Below, piece after piece: positions 53,430 through 64,000 of a stretch of DNA of 64,000 nucleotides. The notes under the pieces are model-generated. The model was not told the origin of the DNA and searched no databases. It was given only the letters and a program-made list of their open reading frames with translations. Numbering within the stretch: position 1 is the first letter of the stretch; every line of letters starts with the position of its first letter. The position numbers and the translations under genes are program-made. Origin of the DNA: Eledone cirrhosa (taxonomy: Eukaryota); assembly GCA_964016885.1 (NCBI GenBank), contig OZ024741.1, positions 283,774,001 through 283,838,000 on the forward strand, given 5' to 3'.

Positions 53430-53835
53430 TACATAAACCGAATTGGCAATGGAAGAGGTAGATCTGAAAGTATAATAGCTAGAATAAGAACAGGATGGAG
53501 AAAGTATTGAGAACTACTGCCTCCATTAACAAGAAAAGGATTTTAGGCACCATAGAGGTGGTTCATAGCTTTTGTTACTTAGGTAACCAAAGTGGCAGTG
53601 GAGGAGGTTTCTCTAAAAGTATAGTAGCTAGAATATGAACAGGCTGGAAAACTTTCGGAGAAATACTGTTCTGTTGGCAACAAAAGGTTTCTCTCTACAA
53701 ATAAAAGGCCAATTGTATGATGCCTGCATGCAAAGTGTAATGTTGCATGGAGGTGAAATATGGGTAATAAATGCAGAGGGTATGTGGAGGCTGGAGACAA
53801 ATGACATGCTCTGATAGTTGAGCGATGTTAGTATG
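53430..53835 (+). mobile_element. Decayed RTE fragments
   Basis: Two copies of an ARI..GW.KF.EL-like segment similar to 10760-10990. Confidence 0.55.
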
Positions 53836-54059
53836 CATAATTTTCTGTGATCAATAAATAAATCACTAATCCTTTTTGCTATGTAACAGTGTTGTTATAA
53901 TAGCCAAAGCAGTGAATAAAGTTGTATGGTGTTATGACATATAACACAATTTATCATGGTCATATTTGAATTATGTAGTGGAAAAGGTAGACTTAGTAAT
54001 TTTCTTAGTGTTACCAGAGCAAGATGTGTCAAAAAATGAGTTCATCAGCTTGCCAAACT

Positions 54060-54430
54060 GTAGAACTAGTTTTGGGCACTATATATCCAGGCAAACATTG
54101 TAGAACTAGTCTGGGGCACTATATCCCAAGGCACACATTGTAGAGCTAGTTGAGGGCATTATGTATCCAGGCACACATTATAAGACTAGCCTAGAGCACC
54201 AAATATTCAGACACATTGCAGAGATAGCCTAGTGATAATTATCCAAGCCCACCTTATAGAGCTAGCCTAGGGTACTCAATACCCAGGCTCACATTATTTA
54301 GCTAGCCTATGGTATAAAATATTTAGGCACACCTTGTAGAACTATCATAGGGAACTAAATACCCAGGGACACATTGTGGAGTGAGTCTAGGGTACTAAAT
54401 ATCCAGGCACACATTGTAGAGTTAGCTTAA
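54060..54430. repeat. Degenerate ~40-bp minisatellite
   Basis: Recurring cacattgtagaactag..ccaggca unit. Confidence 0.6.
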
Positions 54431-54895
54431 AGTGCTAAATATTCAGGCACCATAACCCCAACAGTGCCTCTTCTACCTTGCTCTCATCTCTGTAACCAGC
54501 TGAGGACACTGTGATCACCCTAGCGCTGGTGCCATGATAACATGTACCCAATCCACTCTGTAATTTGGTTGTGTTGCTGTCACAATAACATACACACAGT
54601 ACACTCTGTAAAGTGGGAATGCTAGTACCCCAGTAACATACACAGTACACTCTGTAAAGTGGGAATGCTAGTACCCCAGTAACATACACACAGTACACTC
54701 TGTAAAGTGGGAATGCTAGTACCCCAGTAAAATACACCCAGTAGATTCTGTACATGTACGGATGGGCACTCAGCCATAGAAAGCATACCAGAAATGGTAC
54801 AGGTGAACAAGACAGAATCTCTATGATCCATCTAAGCTTGGACCTATTCAATTCATGCCAGGATGGAAAGTAGATTAAAATGAGAACAAGAATGT

Positions 54896-55633
54896 TGATG
54901 ATGGCAATGATGATGATGGCAATGATGATGATGGCAATGAAAATGATGACAATGATGATGAAGAGAATGAGGATTATGAAATGATGACAAGGATGATGAG
55001 CATGATGATAATGACAATGAAGGTGATGATGACAATGATGGTGATGATAATGATGACGATGATGAGGATAATGAAGATGATGATAATAATGAAGATGATG
55101 ATGATGATAATAAAGATTATGGTGATGATAATGATGATATGATGACAATAATGAAGATGATGGTAATGATGATGATGATAATAATGAAGATGATGATGAT
55201 GATGATGATAATGGTACTAATGAAGATGATGATAATGACGATGAAGATAATGATAGTAATGATGATGAAGATAATGATAGTGATGAAGATGATGATGATG
55301 GTAATAATGAAGATGATGATGATGACGATGATGAAAATGATGATGATGATGATAATAATGGTGATGATGATAATAATGAAGATGATGATGATAATAATGA
55401 TGATGAAGATGATGATAATGATGATGATGATAATGAAGATGATGATGATGATAATGATGATGATGATGATAATGATGATGAAGATGATGATAATGATGAT
55501 GATAATGATGAAAATGATGATAATAATCATGATCATGATGAGAAGGAAGAGAAGTATGATGATGACAATGAGGATGTTGATGACAACGATGATTATGATG
55601 ATGATGATGATAAAGATAATTATGATGACGATG
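54896..55633. repeat. (GAT/AAT)n simple repeat
   Basis: Degenerate trinucleotide tract. Confidence 0.93.
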
Positions 55634-55711
55634 AATTTAGGTACTATGAGTGTATATTGGTTTGTTACATTATCTGATCGACAATTTCAGTGTTTTGTTA
55701 TTAATACTTAC

Positions 55712-55926
55712 ATCATTTATAATCCAGTTGGTATTCTTTGGAGCTGATACTTCCATTGTATATAGATTATAATATTTCATTTCAGGTACCAAGAACATAT
55801 CAGTCATACCAGATCTCATTCCTTTAATTCTGAATTCAAATTTGTTATTCAATCGAAAATAAAGGTAATTATCTGATTCTTTCAAATGTTTGTCTGATTT
55901 AATTGTCACCAACATTGTATTCATAG
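55712..55926 (-). CDS. Host gene exon (first half of PLAT-like repeat 1)
   Basis: ttacAG / GTAAGT, phase 1-0, LVTIKSD..SDNYLYFRL..GMTDMF..NTNWIIND. Confidence 0.82.
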
Positions 55927-56223
55927 CTGTAAGAATTTAAGAAAAGATCAATGATAATAATTGTTTCTACTTTTGGCACAAGGCCAGCAATTATCCCAGT
56001 ACATTACTGGTACTTTATTTTATCGACCACGTAAGGATGAAAGGCAAAGTTAACCTCGGCGGGATGCTGTATATATAAACATATTTCACCATGCATCAAG
56101 TACTGTCCTGATTTATTGTCTTCATGGTCATCACACCATGGCCATTTCATGTGTAAATATGTCCCAAGGCTCTGATACCATCAACACTATAAACACAGAG
56201 CTGGCATATCTAAGAACTGACTA

Positions 56224-56279
56224 ACTGCCTGATGAGGTCATAGCCATTCAATGGCTATCATCGAAATATATATAGCAGT
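56224..56279 (+). ncRNA. Minimal type-I hammerhead ribozyme
   Basis: actgc-CTGATGA-(atagcca/tggctat stem II)-GAAA-TATATA-TA-gcagt, followed by AATAAA and then (TA)n. Confidence 0.75.
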
Positions 56280-56860
56280 AAATAAAGGATTATGAGTTCA
56301 TGCAATTGACTTATGTTTCGTCACTATATATATATATATATAAATGGCTTCTACAGGACTAGAACTGTTTCATTTGGGAGAAATCATCAGGATATATATC
56401 CTCATAGGACTTATCAAAATCAATTATTTTATAAATAATTATCTCAACATGTGCATATTTTCGAAAGCACAAAAATTCCGGAGATTTTGTTGACTGGGGA
56501 GTTTTATAAAATGTAAACAAAAAAATCTATGCAATTTTTGTGTGTTTGAAAAGATGAACGTTTTGAGGTAATTATTTATAAAATAATTAATTTTGATAAG
56601 TCCTATGTGGATGAAATGATTGTAAATCAAATTATGATGTGAATAAGTGTTTGGTAACATATTTTAATGAATAATTTGCTCCACGTGTAATTAATTGAAC
56701 ATAATAGGAATTCATATAAAAGTTGTTTTTTTTTTAATATTATACATAGCCATGTGGACTGTTTATTATAATAGATTACCATATTTTGAGCTGATATAAC
56801 TTTTTCACCTACACCTTTCTAGTTTTTATATTTGAAAAGAAATTTATATATATATATATA

Positions 56861-57055
56861 TAGGAACAAGTAAGACACCGACGGCTGAGCTCAAGCCGTT
56901 TCGACGGCTAATTCTGGACTCAGAATTAGCCATCGAAACGGCTTGAGCTCAGCTGTCGGGGTCTTACTTGTTCCTATTACCCACTCTACTACCCTAAGTA
57001 TTGAGTACTTTGGTGCGTTATGGTCCACCTGGTTCCTTACCACATTTCCTTTGTT
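56861..57055 (+). mobile_element. Short fold-back of the same pLTR family as 45925-48892
   Basis: Hairpin 56861-56976 (loop 56917-56920); tail 56977-57055 is homologous to the reverse complement of 45925-46004. Confidence 0.8.
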
Positions 57056-58338
57056 ATATATATATATATATATATATATATCACTTTACCATAATGGCTA
57101 ACTAAACTCATATGTGCTTTCTTCTTCTTCTTCATGCAATTATTCCTGGGAGAGACACTCCTTCCAGCAGGTCCTGTCAGAAGCAACCATCTCCAATTGA
57201 GATCCCCAAGCAAGACCACCTAAGCTCATGGATGTTATCCAACCAACTTGTTCGAGGTCTCCTGCCAGTTGGTTTGCCAAATCTATCCAGCGATTTCTTC
57301 CTTAGTCATTCTAACCACATGTACTTTTACTCCCTCAAAAAAATTTTTTGTTTCTTCTTTTTCTCACTCTTGTTTATCTTTCCATTTCTTTTTTTATTTC
57401 TCATTCTATCTTCTGATAAAGCCCTAGTGTCCGAAACGTTAAGACTCTTTTCCTGTTATATCAAGCATTAAACCAATATATATCTTCATTGTACAGTATC
57501 ATTTTGCTGGTTTGTTTATCCATTTACTTTTTGCATACATACACACACACACATATATATATACTATTGTAAAAGACAATGTTGACCTGTCTCCAGTGCA
57601 GTAATGGAAGTTCTCAAGGTCATTGTTGATGGAAGTATCAGGGGTTAAGAAAGAGTGAAACATCACTGAGGTGTATCAGAAGAGACAACAGTGTTAATTG
57701 ACTTGGGTTATCTGACAGGAATGATAAGAGCAACATTTATAGATATCCAATGTACCAAAATGGAGATCAGTATCATCATCAACAACAAAAGTAAAACATC
57801 TACAATAAGACTATGAAACAAAATACTAAACTATGGCAGTCATTTGCAATCGAGTATGACTTTGTAGTATGTATCATTCTTTCGTTAAGGGTTTCACATG
57901 CCCATGCAGATGTAAGCAGATATATACACCCTATCGGCCCTCCCTCTCCTTTATTTAACAGAACATCCAGGATATGATAGCTGGAAGGAGAGAGGGCTAC
58001 ACCAACACTGGTCTGGTACTTCCTTTATCTGTTCCAAAAGGATGAAAGCCATAGTAGACCTTAACATGCACAGACACCCCCTCAACTCTCCCTCCTTTGA
58101 TCCAGCAAAACATTCAAGATGTGACAGCTAGAAGGAGAGAAGGTTGTATCAGCACTGGACTGGTAGTCTAATTATCAATAGCCCCAAAAATAAAAGGCAA
58201 AATGGATTTCAGTGAGGTTTGAACTCAGAGAACAGAGAACCATACAAATATCCAAAGCTCCACCAACTCTGCCAAATCGACTATCATGCACGTTTTTTAT
58301 TTGAAAAAAAAAAAGAAAATGTTGCTTTTATTTTATAC

Positions 58339-58414
58339 CTTTGATGTAACAATAGTTGCTGAGTTCACATTTTACGAACATCTGCCTGATATTGCAGTAA
58401 ACACTTATTATGTT
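58339..58414 (-). CDS. Host gene exon (Cys-rich)
   Basis: ttttcAG / GTATAA, phase 0-1, NIISVYCNIRQMFVKCELSNYCYIK. Confidence 0.72.
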
Positions 58415-58828
58415 CTGAAAAAGATAATATATTTCTGGTGAATGATATTGAAAGAAAGGCAAAATATATTTTATTTTATTTACATTTTGTGGTAGGAAGA
58501 ATTTTTTTATGGGCCACTTAGATTGGTGTTGGAAAGGGCAGTGCCCATGAGTTTATACCACCTCCAGAACTTCTTTTTCTTTTTCTTCATCCCTGCTTTC
58601 TGTGTCCTTTTCTTCTCTCCCTCCCCTTACAGGAATCCAGCCAATCAGCTTCATTAGTTTGTCTCTATATCTACAACTATCCAAGAGAATCCAGAGTCAT
58701 TGAATCAGTCTTAATAGAATATTCATCTCTGCTATGGTATTGAGTACTAATTCTGGCGTTCACCAATATATCTTTGGTTTTAGTCTTCAAATTTATTATT
58801 ATTACTATATGTATATATATATATATAT

Positions 58829-58866
<38 letters not shown>

Positions 58867-59989
58867 TGTATGTATGTATGTATGTATGTATGTATGTATG
58901 TATGTATGTATGTATGTATGTATGTGCATGTGTGTGTACATACATGTCACCTCTATTAAATATGAATGTAAGCCATAGAGAAGACAGCCCATCTGGGAGA
59001 GCAGTCACTCCAAATAAAATAATCTGTCACTTATTTCCTTCAAAGGTGTTCTCACTGTTGAAAATATTTGAACCTTGTCACTGGCATACGAGAGTAACTT
59101 TCTCCCTTCATCCCACTAGTTTCAAGCACCCTGAAAATAGTCATAAATGTTACTTTTTTTCATAAGAAAAAACCATTAGTGTGTGTGTGCAAATGTGTGT
59201 GCATGTGTATGTGTGTGTGTGGGGGGGGGGGGCTGGATTTCCGAGAGTTATGAGGATGAATATTCAGTTTTTCGAAAAAGTTAAATTAACTTCAAAGTGA
59301 CTGAACATTCCACAGACATGTGTAACTTTAATGTAGCTCTCAGGGAGATTCAGTATGACAGTGTATGAAAAGGTTGGCCTTTTGAATTACAGGTACAATT
59401 CATTTTTTCCAGCTGATTGGACTGAAATAATGTGAAATAAAGTGTCTTGCTCAAGGACACAATGCATCATTAGGAATCAAACTCATGACCTTAGGATCAT
59501 AAGCAGAACAACCTAACCACTAAGTCATACACCTTCACAAGTCCGTAATAATGGTTTCTAATTTTGGTGTAATACCAGAAAATTTGGAGGGAGGGGAAAA
59601 TTGATAACATAAACCCAAGTACTTGACTGTTACTTTATTTTATCGACTTCGGAAGGATTAAAAGTAAAGTTGAACTTGATGGGATCTGAACATAGCATTT
59701 TGTCCAATGCTCTAATGATTCCGCCAATCCAGCCACTTTACAGGTCATTAATTATTTTGTCTGAGTTAGGCACAAGGACAGCAATTTCAAAGGAAAAAGG
59801 AAAGTCGATTAAATCAACCTCAGTGCATTACTGGTACTTTATTTTATTTACCCTGAAAGGATGAAAAGCATAAAGAACTATAACTATATGCCGCAAAGCA
59901 TGTTGTCCAACACACTACCGATACTGGCAATCCACTGCTTTTACCAGCTATTTATAATGATTTAAAGATAATGACCAAAGTCCACTCAC

Positions 59990-60162
59990 CTTTGTTTTAT
60001 TGCACACGTACTTAGGAATATGAATATATAAGTTTTCATTCTTTCTCATCAAATTTAAGCATTGTCCATTCTTAAGGTCTTGATTTGTCAGCAGATGTTC
60101 GTTTGCGTAGATCTCCAAATTAACCCAATCAGTTGTATTTGTTGAGAGTTTGACAGCCAGTT
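59990..60162 (-). CDS. Most 5' host exon found (possible divergent C-type lectin-like module)
   Basis: GTGAGT donor, phase 1-0, DWVNLEI..GQCLNL..VCNKTK; the acceptor is less certain. Confidence 0.68.
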
Positions 60163-61284
60163 CTTTTTTAAAAGGAAAAGACAGTAATGATGAGCTTTTG
60201 CTGTTTTAATAATTCAGTTTGTTTTTTGTTGTTGTTGGGTGGTCGTCGTCTTCTATTTCTTTTTAACAAGGTACATGCCTAGCAATTTGGGGGAAGGAAA
60301 AGTCAATTATATGAGCCCCAGTATTTGATTTGTACTTTATTTTATAGACCCAGAAAGATGAAATGCAAAGTAGATCTTGGTGGGATTTGAACTCAGAACA
60401 TAAAGGGCCATAACAATTCTGCAAGGCACTTTATTCAACTTGCTAATGATTCTATCCCTCCATTGATCCAAGGAAAGCTTGAGCATGCTTCATCATCTTT
60501 ATTGGTAAACAAAAATCAATTTAACATGAGAATTCCTATATTAGGAACATATCAAATATGAAGATGACAAGAAAAGATACTACACTTTGATATTAACTAA
60601 AAGATGAAGAAGCAATTTCTTTTGTCAACCTAATTTGTCATCTAGCCCTAGAAGTTATGCCAAGCAAAGGGCCAGGAGGACTCTTCATGATAACTGCCCT
60701 TGAGATAGTGATCTACACGATAAATGAACCCAGTACATTCTGTAACATGGTTACTGTTTAGAAAGGCATATGGATGAACTCTTCAGCTGTGTCAAATATA
60801 TGACAATTTTTAGATGTTAGTGCCAGTGGTAAGAGTTTCAGGAGAGTTGGACAGCAGAAAGTCTTCAAAGAAGAAAACCACCTTAAGCAAGTCTTTCAAC
60901 CTTTAACTTCTTACACTCTAAGAGGGCCGGGCTGCATCCAGGTCACGACTCCTGGGTGCCCTTCTGCTGACATTTTGTCATTTGGATATCAGAGACTTGT
61001 TGTGTATTTAAACCATATGAAGATTTGTTGACCAGACCTAGCTGGAACTCCTTTACGGCTTTGGTCATGGTCTTCCCAGATAAAATACAGTCAGTAGACC
61101 ACAAGATCATATGTCAGGCCCTTGGCTCACATGGAGGCCAATGGCTACTCTTCAGTATCAACAGGTTTTTGAATACATGTCCAGCCCTTTTTAGCAAGGA
61201 AAATAAGTACACTAAACTTGATACTATATATCATCATCATCATCATTTAACGTCTATCTTCCATGCTAGCATGGGTTATATATA

Positions 61285-64000
61285 TATACCACTCTGGGAA
61301 AACACCTCCCAGGTAATTAACTGGTTTAAAAATATTAGATGTAAATCTTCTGCTTCATTTCTACAATTTGATATAGATAATTACTATTCTTCTATATCAC
61401 CTATACTCCTGAACAAAGCATTGATATTTGCTAAAAATAGATCTAACTTAACTTTGGATGACATTAATATTATTACACATGCTAGACTAACACTTATTGA
61501 ATTTCAGAATGAATACTGGACCAGAAACACATATAGTAATCTATTTGATATTACTATGGGTTCAAGCGATTCCGCCCAAATTACTGATCTTGTGGGCCTC
61601 TTTCTCCTTTTCAACATAAATGCCTCCTTTCCCCACCTCAAAGGTGGTTTATATCGTGATGACTGTCTTCTTCTTTCTAACAACCTTAGCCTTTCAGAAA
61701 TAGAAAAAAACAAAAAACATATTAGAACTTTCCTTAAAGACTATTATAATCTTCATATTACTTTTGAAAAAACAAGTAAAGTAGTAAATTTCCTAGATAT
61801 AACTTTAGATTTAGCTACGGGTATCTACCAACCTTACCATAAACCAAACCAAAACTTACATTACATACACTCACAATCTAATCACCCTAAATCTATCCTT
61901 AAAAACCTTGCATATAATATATCACTTAGAATTTCTAACCTTTCTTCTAACCAAGATGTATTTGATAAAAATGCGACCTTCTATAACGAAGCTCTAGATA
62001 GAAGTGGCCACAAAAATAGATTAGAATATATACCTTCTACTAAAAATACTAAAAACATACAACCTAATATTACCAACAAACACCAAATGAAAAGTACACA
62101 CCTAAATGCCACCCACACTATACCCCAAAATACCAAATCTTCTAATATAAAATATAGTAACTCTCAAAAAACTACTCATCATACAACTCTAATAAATATT
62201 AATAATAAAACTCCTAATAAAAAAGATAAAACACCTAAATCTACAAATATAACTAAAAATGGTTGTGGTGAGATCATTAACATTAATCCTCCTAGTAAAC
62301 ATCACGATACAACCTATAAAAATAATAAAAATAATAAACAACATAGAAACCGTAATAGACGGGTTACTTGGTATAATGCTCCATTTAACTTACAAATTAA
62401 GGATAATATTGCTAAAAAATTTTTTTATATCCTAGAGAAAAACTTCCCGCCAAACCACAAATACCATCAAATCTTAAATAGGTCTACAGTTAAATTCTCA
62501 TACTCAACAACAAATAACATAAAACAAAATATAAGTGCCTATAATGCATATAATGTAAGAAAACCATAAGTATACCACCAATACATCAAACTAACCATAA
62601 TATCTCCTCAAATACAGAATTAACGAAAGGTTGTAACTGTAGAAACAAAGCAAACTGCCCATTAAAAGGGAATTGTCTTGTTAACAACATAGTCTATAAA
62701 TGTAATGTTAAAACTAAAGATTCTATTTGCTCATATATAGGAGCTACTTCTAACAATTTTAAGACAAGGTTTAATACCCACAAGAATAGTTTTAAAAATG
62801 CCGCACTAGCTAATACAACATCTCTAGCAGAAAAAATCAATAGTTATAAAAATAAGAATATAGAATATGATTTGACCTGGAGTGTGCTCAAAAGAGCCAC
62901 CCCTTATCAAAATAATAGAAATGAATGTAGATTATGTTCCCAAGAACTATTTGAAATAATGAAATCTAAGGATATCCTATTAAATAAACGACAGGAATTA
63001 ATTATATCGTGTAATCATAAACTAAAAAAAACATTTAAATATTATAAACCTAATTAATAACATTATTTTAGAAATTAATATATAATTTAATTTAAATGTT
63101 AGTTAACCTATAAATTTAATTTAATTAAAATTCTACTACAGATGAGAATATAAAATATTGTGTAATCATAAATTGTGAAAAACCTTTAAATATTACTAAT
63201 ATATACTTAGTAATTTAATTTATAGATTAATTTTAATTTATTTAACCCTTTATTAAAATTCCTTTACAGATAAAATATAACAAAATATCGTGTATTCAAT
63301 GACAGAGAAATAATTTTTAGTATTATAGACCTAATTAATATACATTTTAGAAATATATTTATAATTTGGTTTTAAATTTAGTCAACCTAAAAATTTAATT
63401 TAATTGGCTTAAAATTAGTATCCTAATACTGACGGATTGCAGAGTGTCATGTAATCATAGAATGGGATGTGTTTTGGATGTATACCTAGTTAATATATTC
63501 TTTGCAATTTTTGAAAAAATATGTATATGTATGTATGTATATGTATATGTATGTATGTATATATATGTGTATATATATATATGTATATATATGTATATGT
63601 ATATGTATTGATTTTGATTTTTGTTTGCATATAATTATATTCTGCTATTGATAAAATACAATATCTGTTTTATTTATTATATACCTAATTAACATATACT
63701 ATAGAAATTAATATATAATTTTTAATTTAGTTAACCTATAATTTATATTCTACTACCGATGTAATACTTTATTTGTTTTTTCCCTATTACTAAATTCATT
63801 TCCTAATATTGATACCATAACGTTAATAATTTTAATTTAGTTATACTATAATTAATACTCTACTACTATTTAACTTCAAAATTCTGCTTCAAATATTATA
63901 AACCTAACTAATTTACACCTTAGAAATCAATATGTTAACTATCTTTAGTTTAGTTAACCTATAATTAATGGTATACTTATATTGAAATGCATAATTTTGC
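61285..64000 (+). mobile_element. 5'-truncated Naiad-type PLE, RT + GIY-YIG with one frameshift (~62555); coding to 63057, 3' region runs off the window
   Basis: FLQFDIDNYYSSI, GGLYRDD, FLDITL, SNHP; second frame CNCRNKANCPLKGNC, IVY..YIG, CRLCSQE, LLNKRQE. Confidence 0.92.

Noticed and set aside
55117-55747. Poly-Met/Ile/Asp ORFs
   Set aside because: (GAT/AAT)n simple repeat in an intron.
61025-61284. N-terminal part of the 514-aa ORF including a His run
   Set aside because: Chance read-through of flank, an RTE (CAT)n tail and (TA)n; PLE homology starts at ~61285.
62581-63057. Selenocysteine-encoding Naiad (known in some Naiads)
   Set aside because: All conserved Cys positions read here are TGT/TGC; no in-frame TGA.

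Overview
AT-rich, microsatellite-dense animal genomic DNA. Repeat content and protein motifs suggest a mollusc, probably a cephalopod such as Octopus (inference). One host gene runs on the minus strand across ~7.2-60.2 kb. I could chain 13 phase-compatible GT-AG exons (~737 codons, 5' end not found). They encode a Cys-containing, possibly C-type-lectin-like module, up to four PLAT/LH2-like repeats, a Thr-rich stalk, a CxCxC/coiled-coil motif and a C-terminal TM helix. Introns and flanks hold Penelope-like elements (Neptune- and Naiad-type), a near-complete Gypsy provirus, a non-autonomous tRNA-Trp-primed LTR element, RTE and RLE LINE relics, two non-autonomous Helitrons, SINEs, a pogo-like MITE and large tandem arrays. 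The most notable pattern is six fold-back insertions in (TA)n tracts that share one geometry: an inverted copy plus an unpaired 3' tail. Two of them carry minimal hammerhead ribozymes with a compensatory U3-A8 core, and one is headed by a tRNA-like Pol III promoter. All calls were made by eye; no searches were run.
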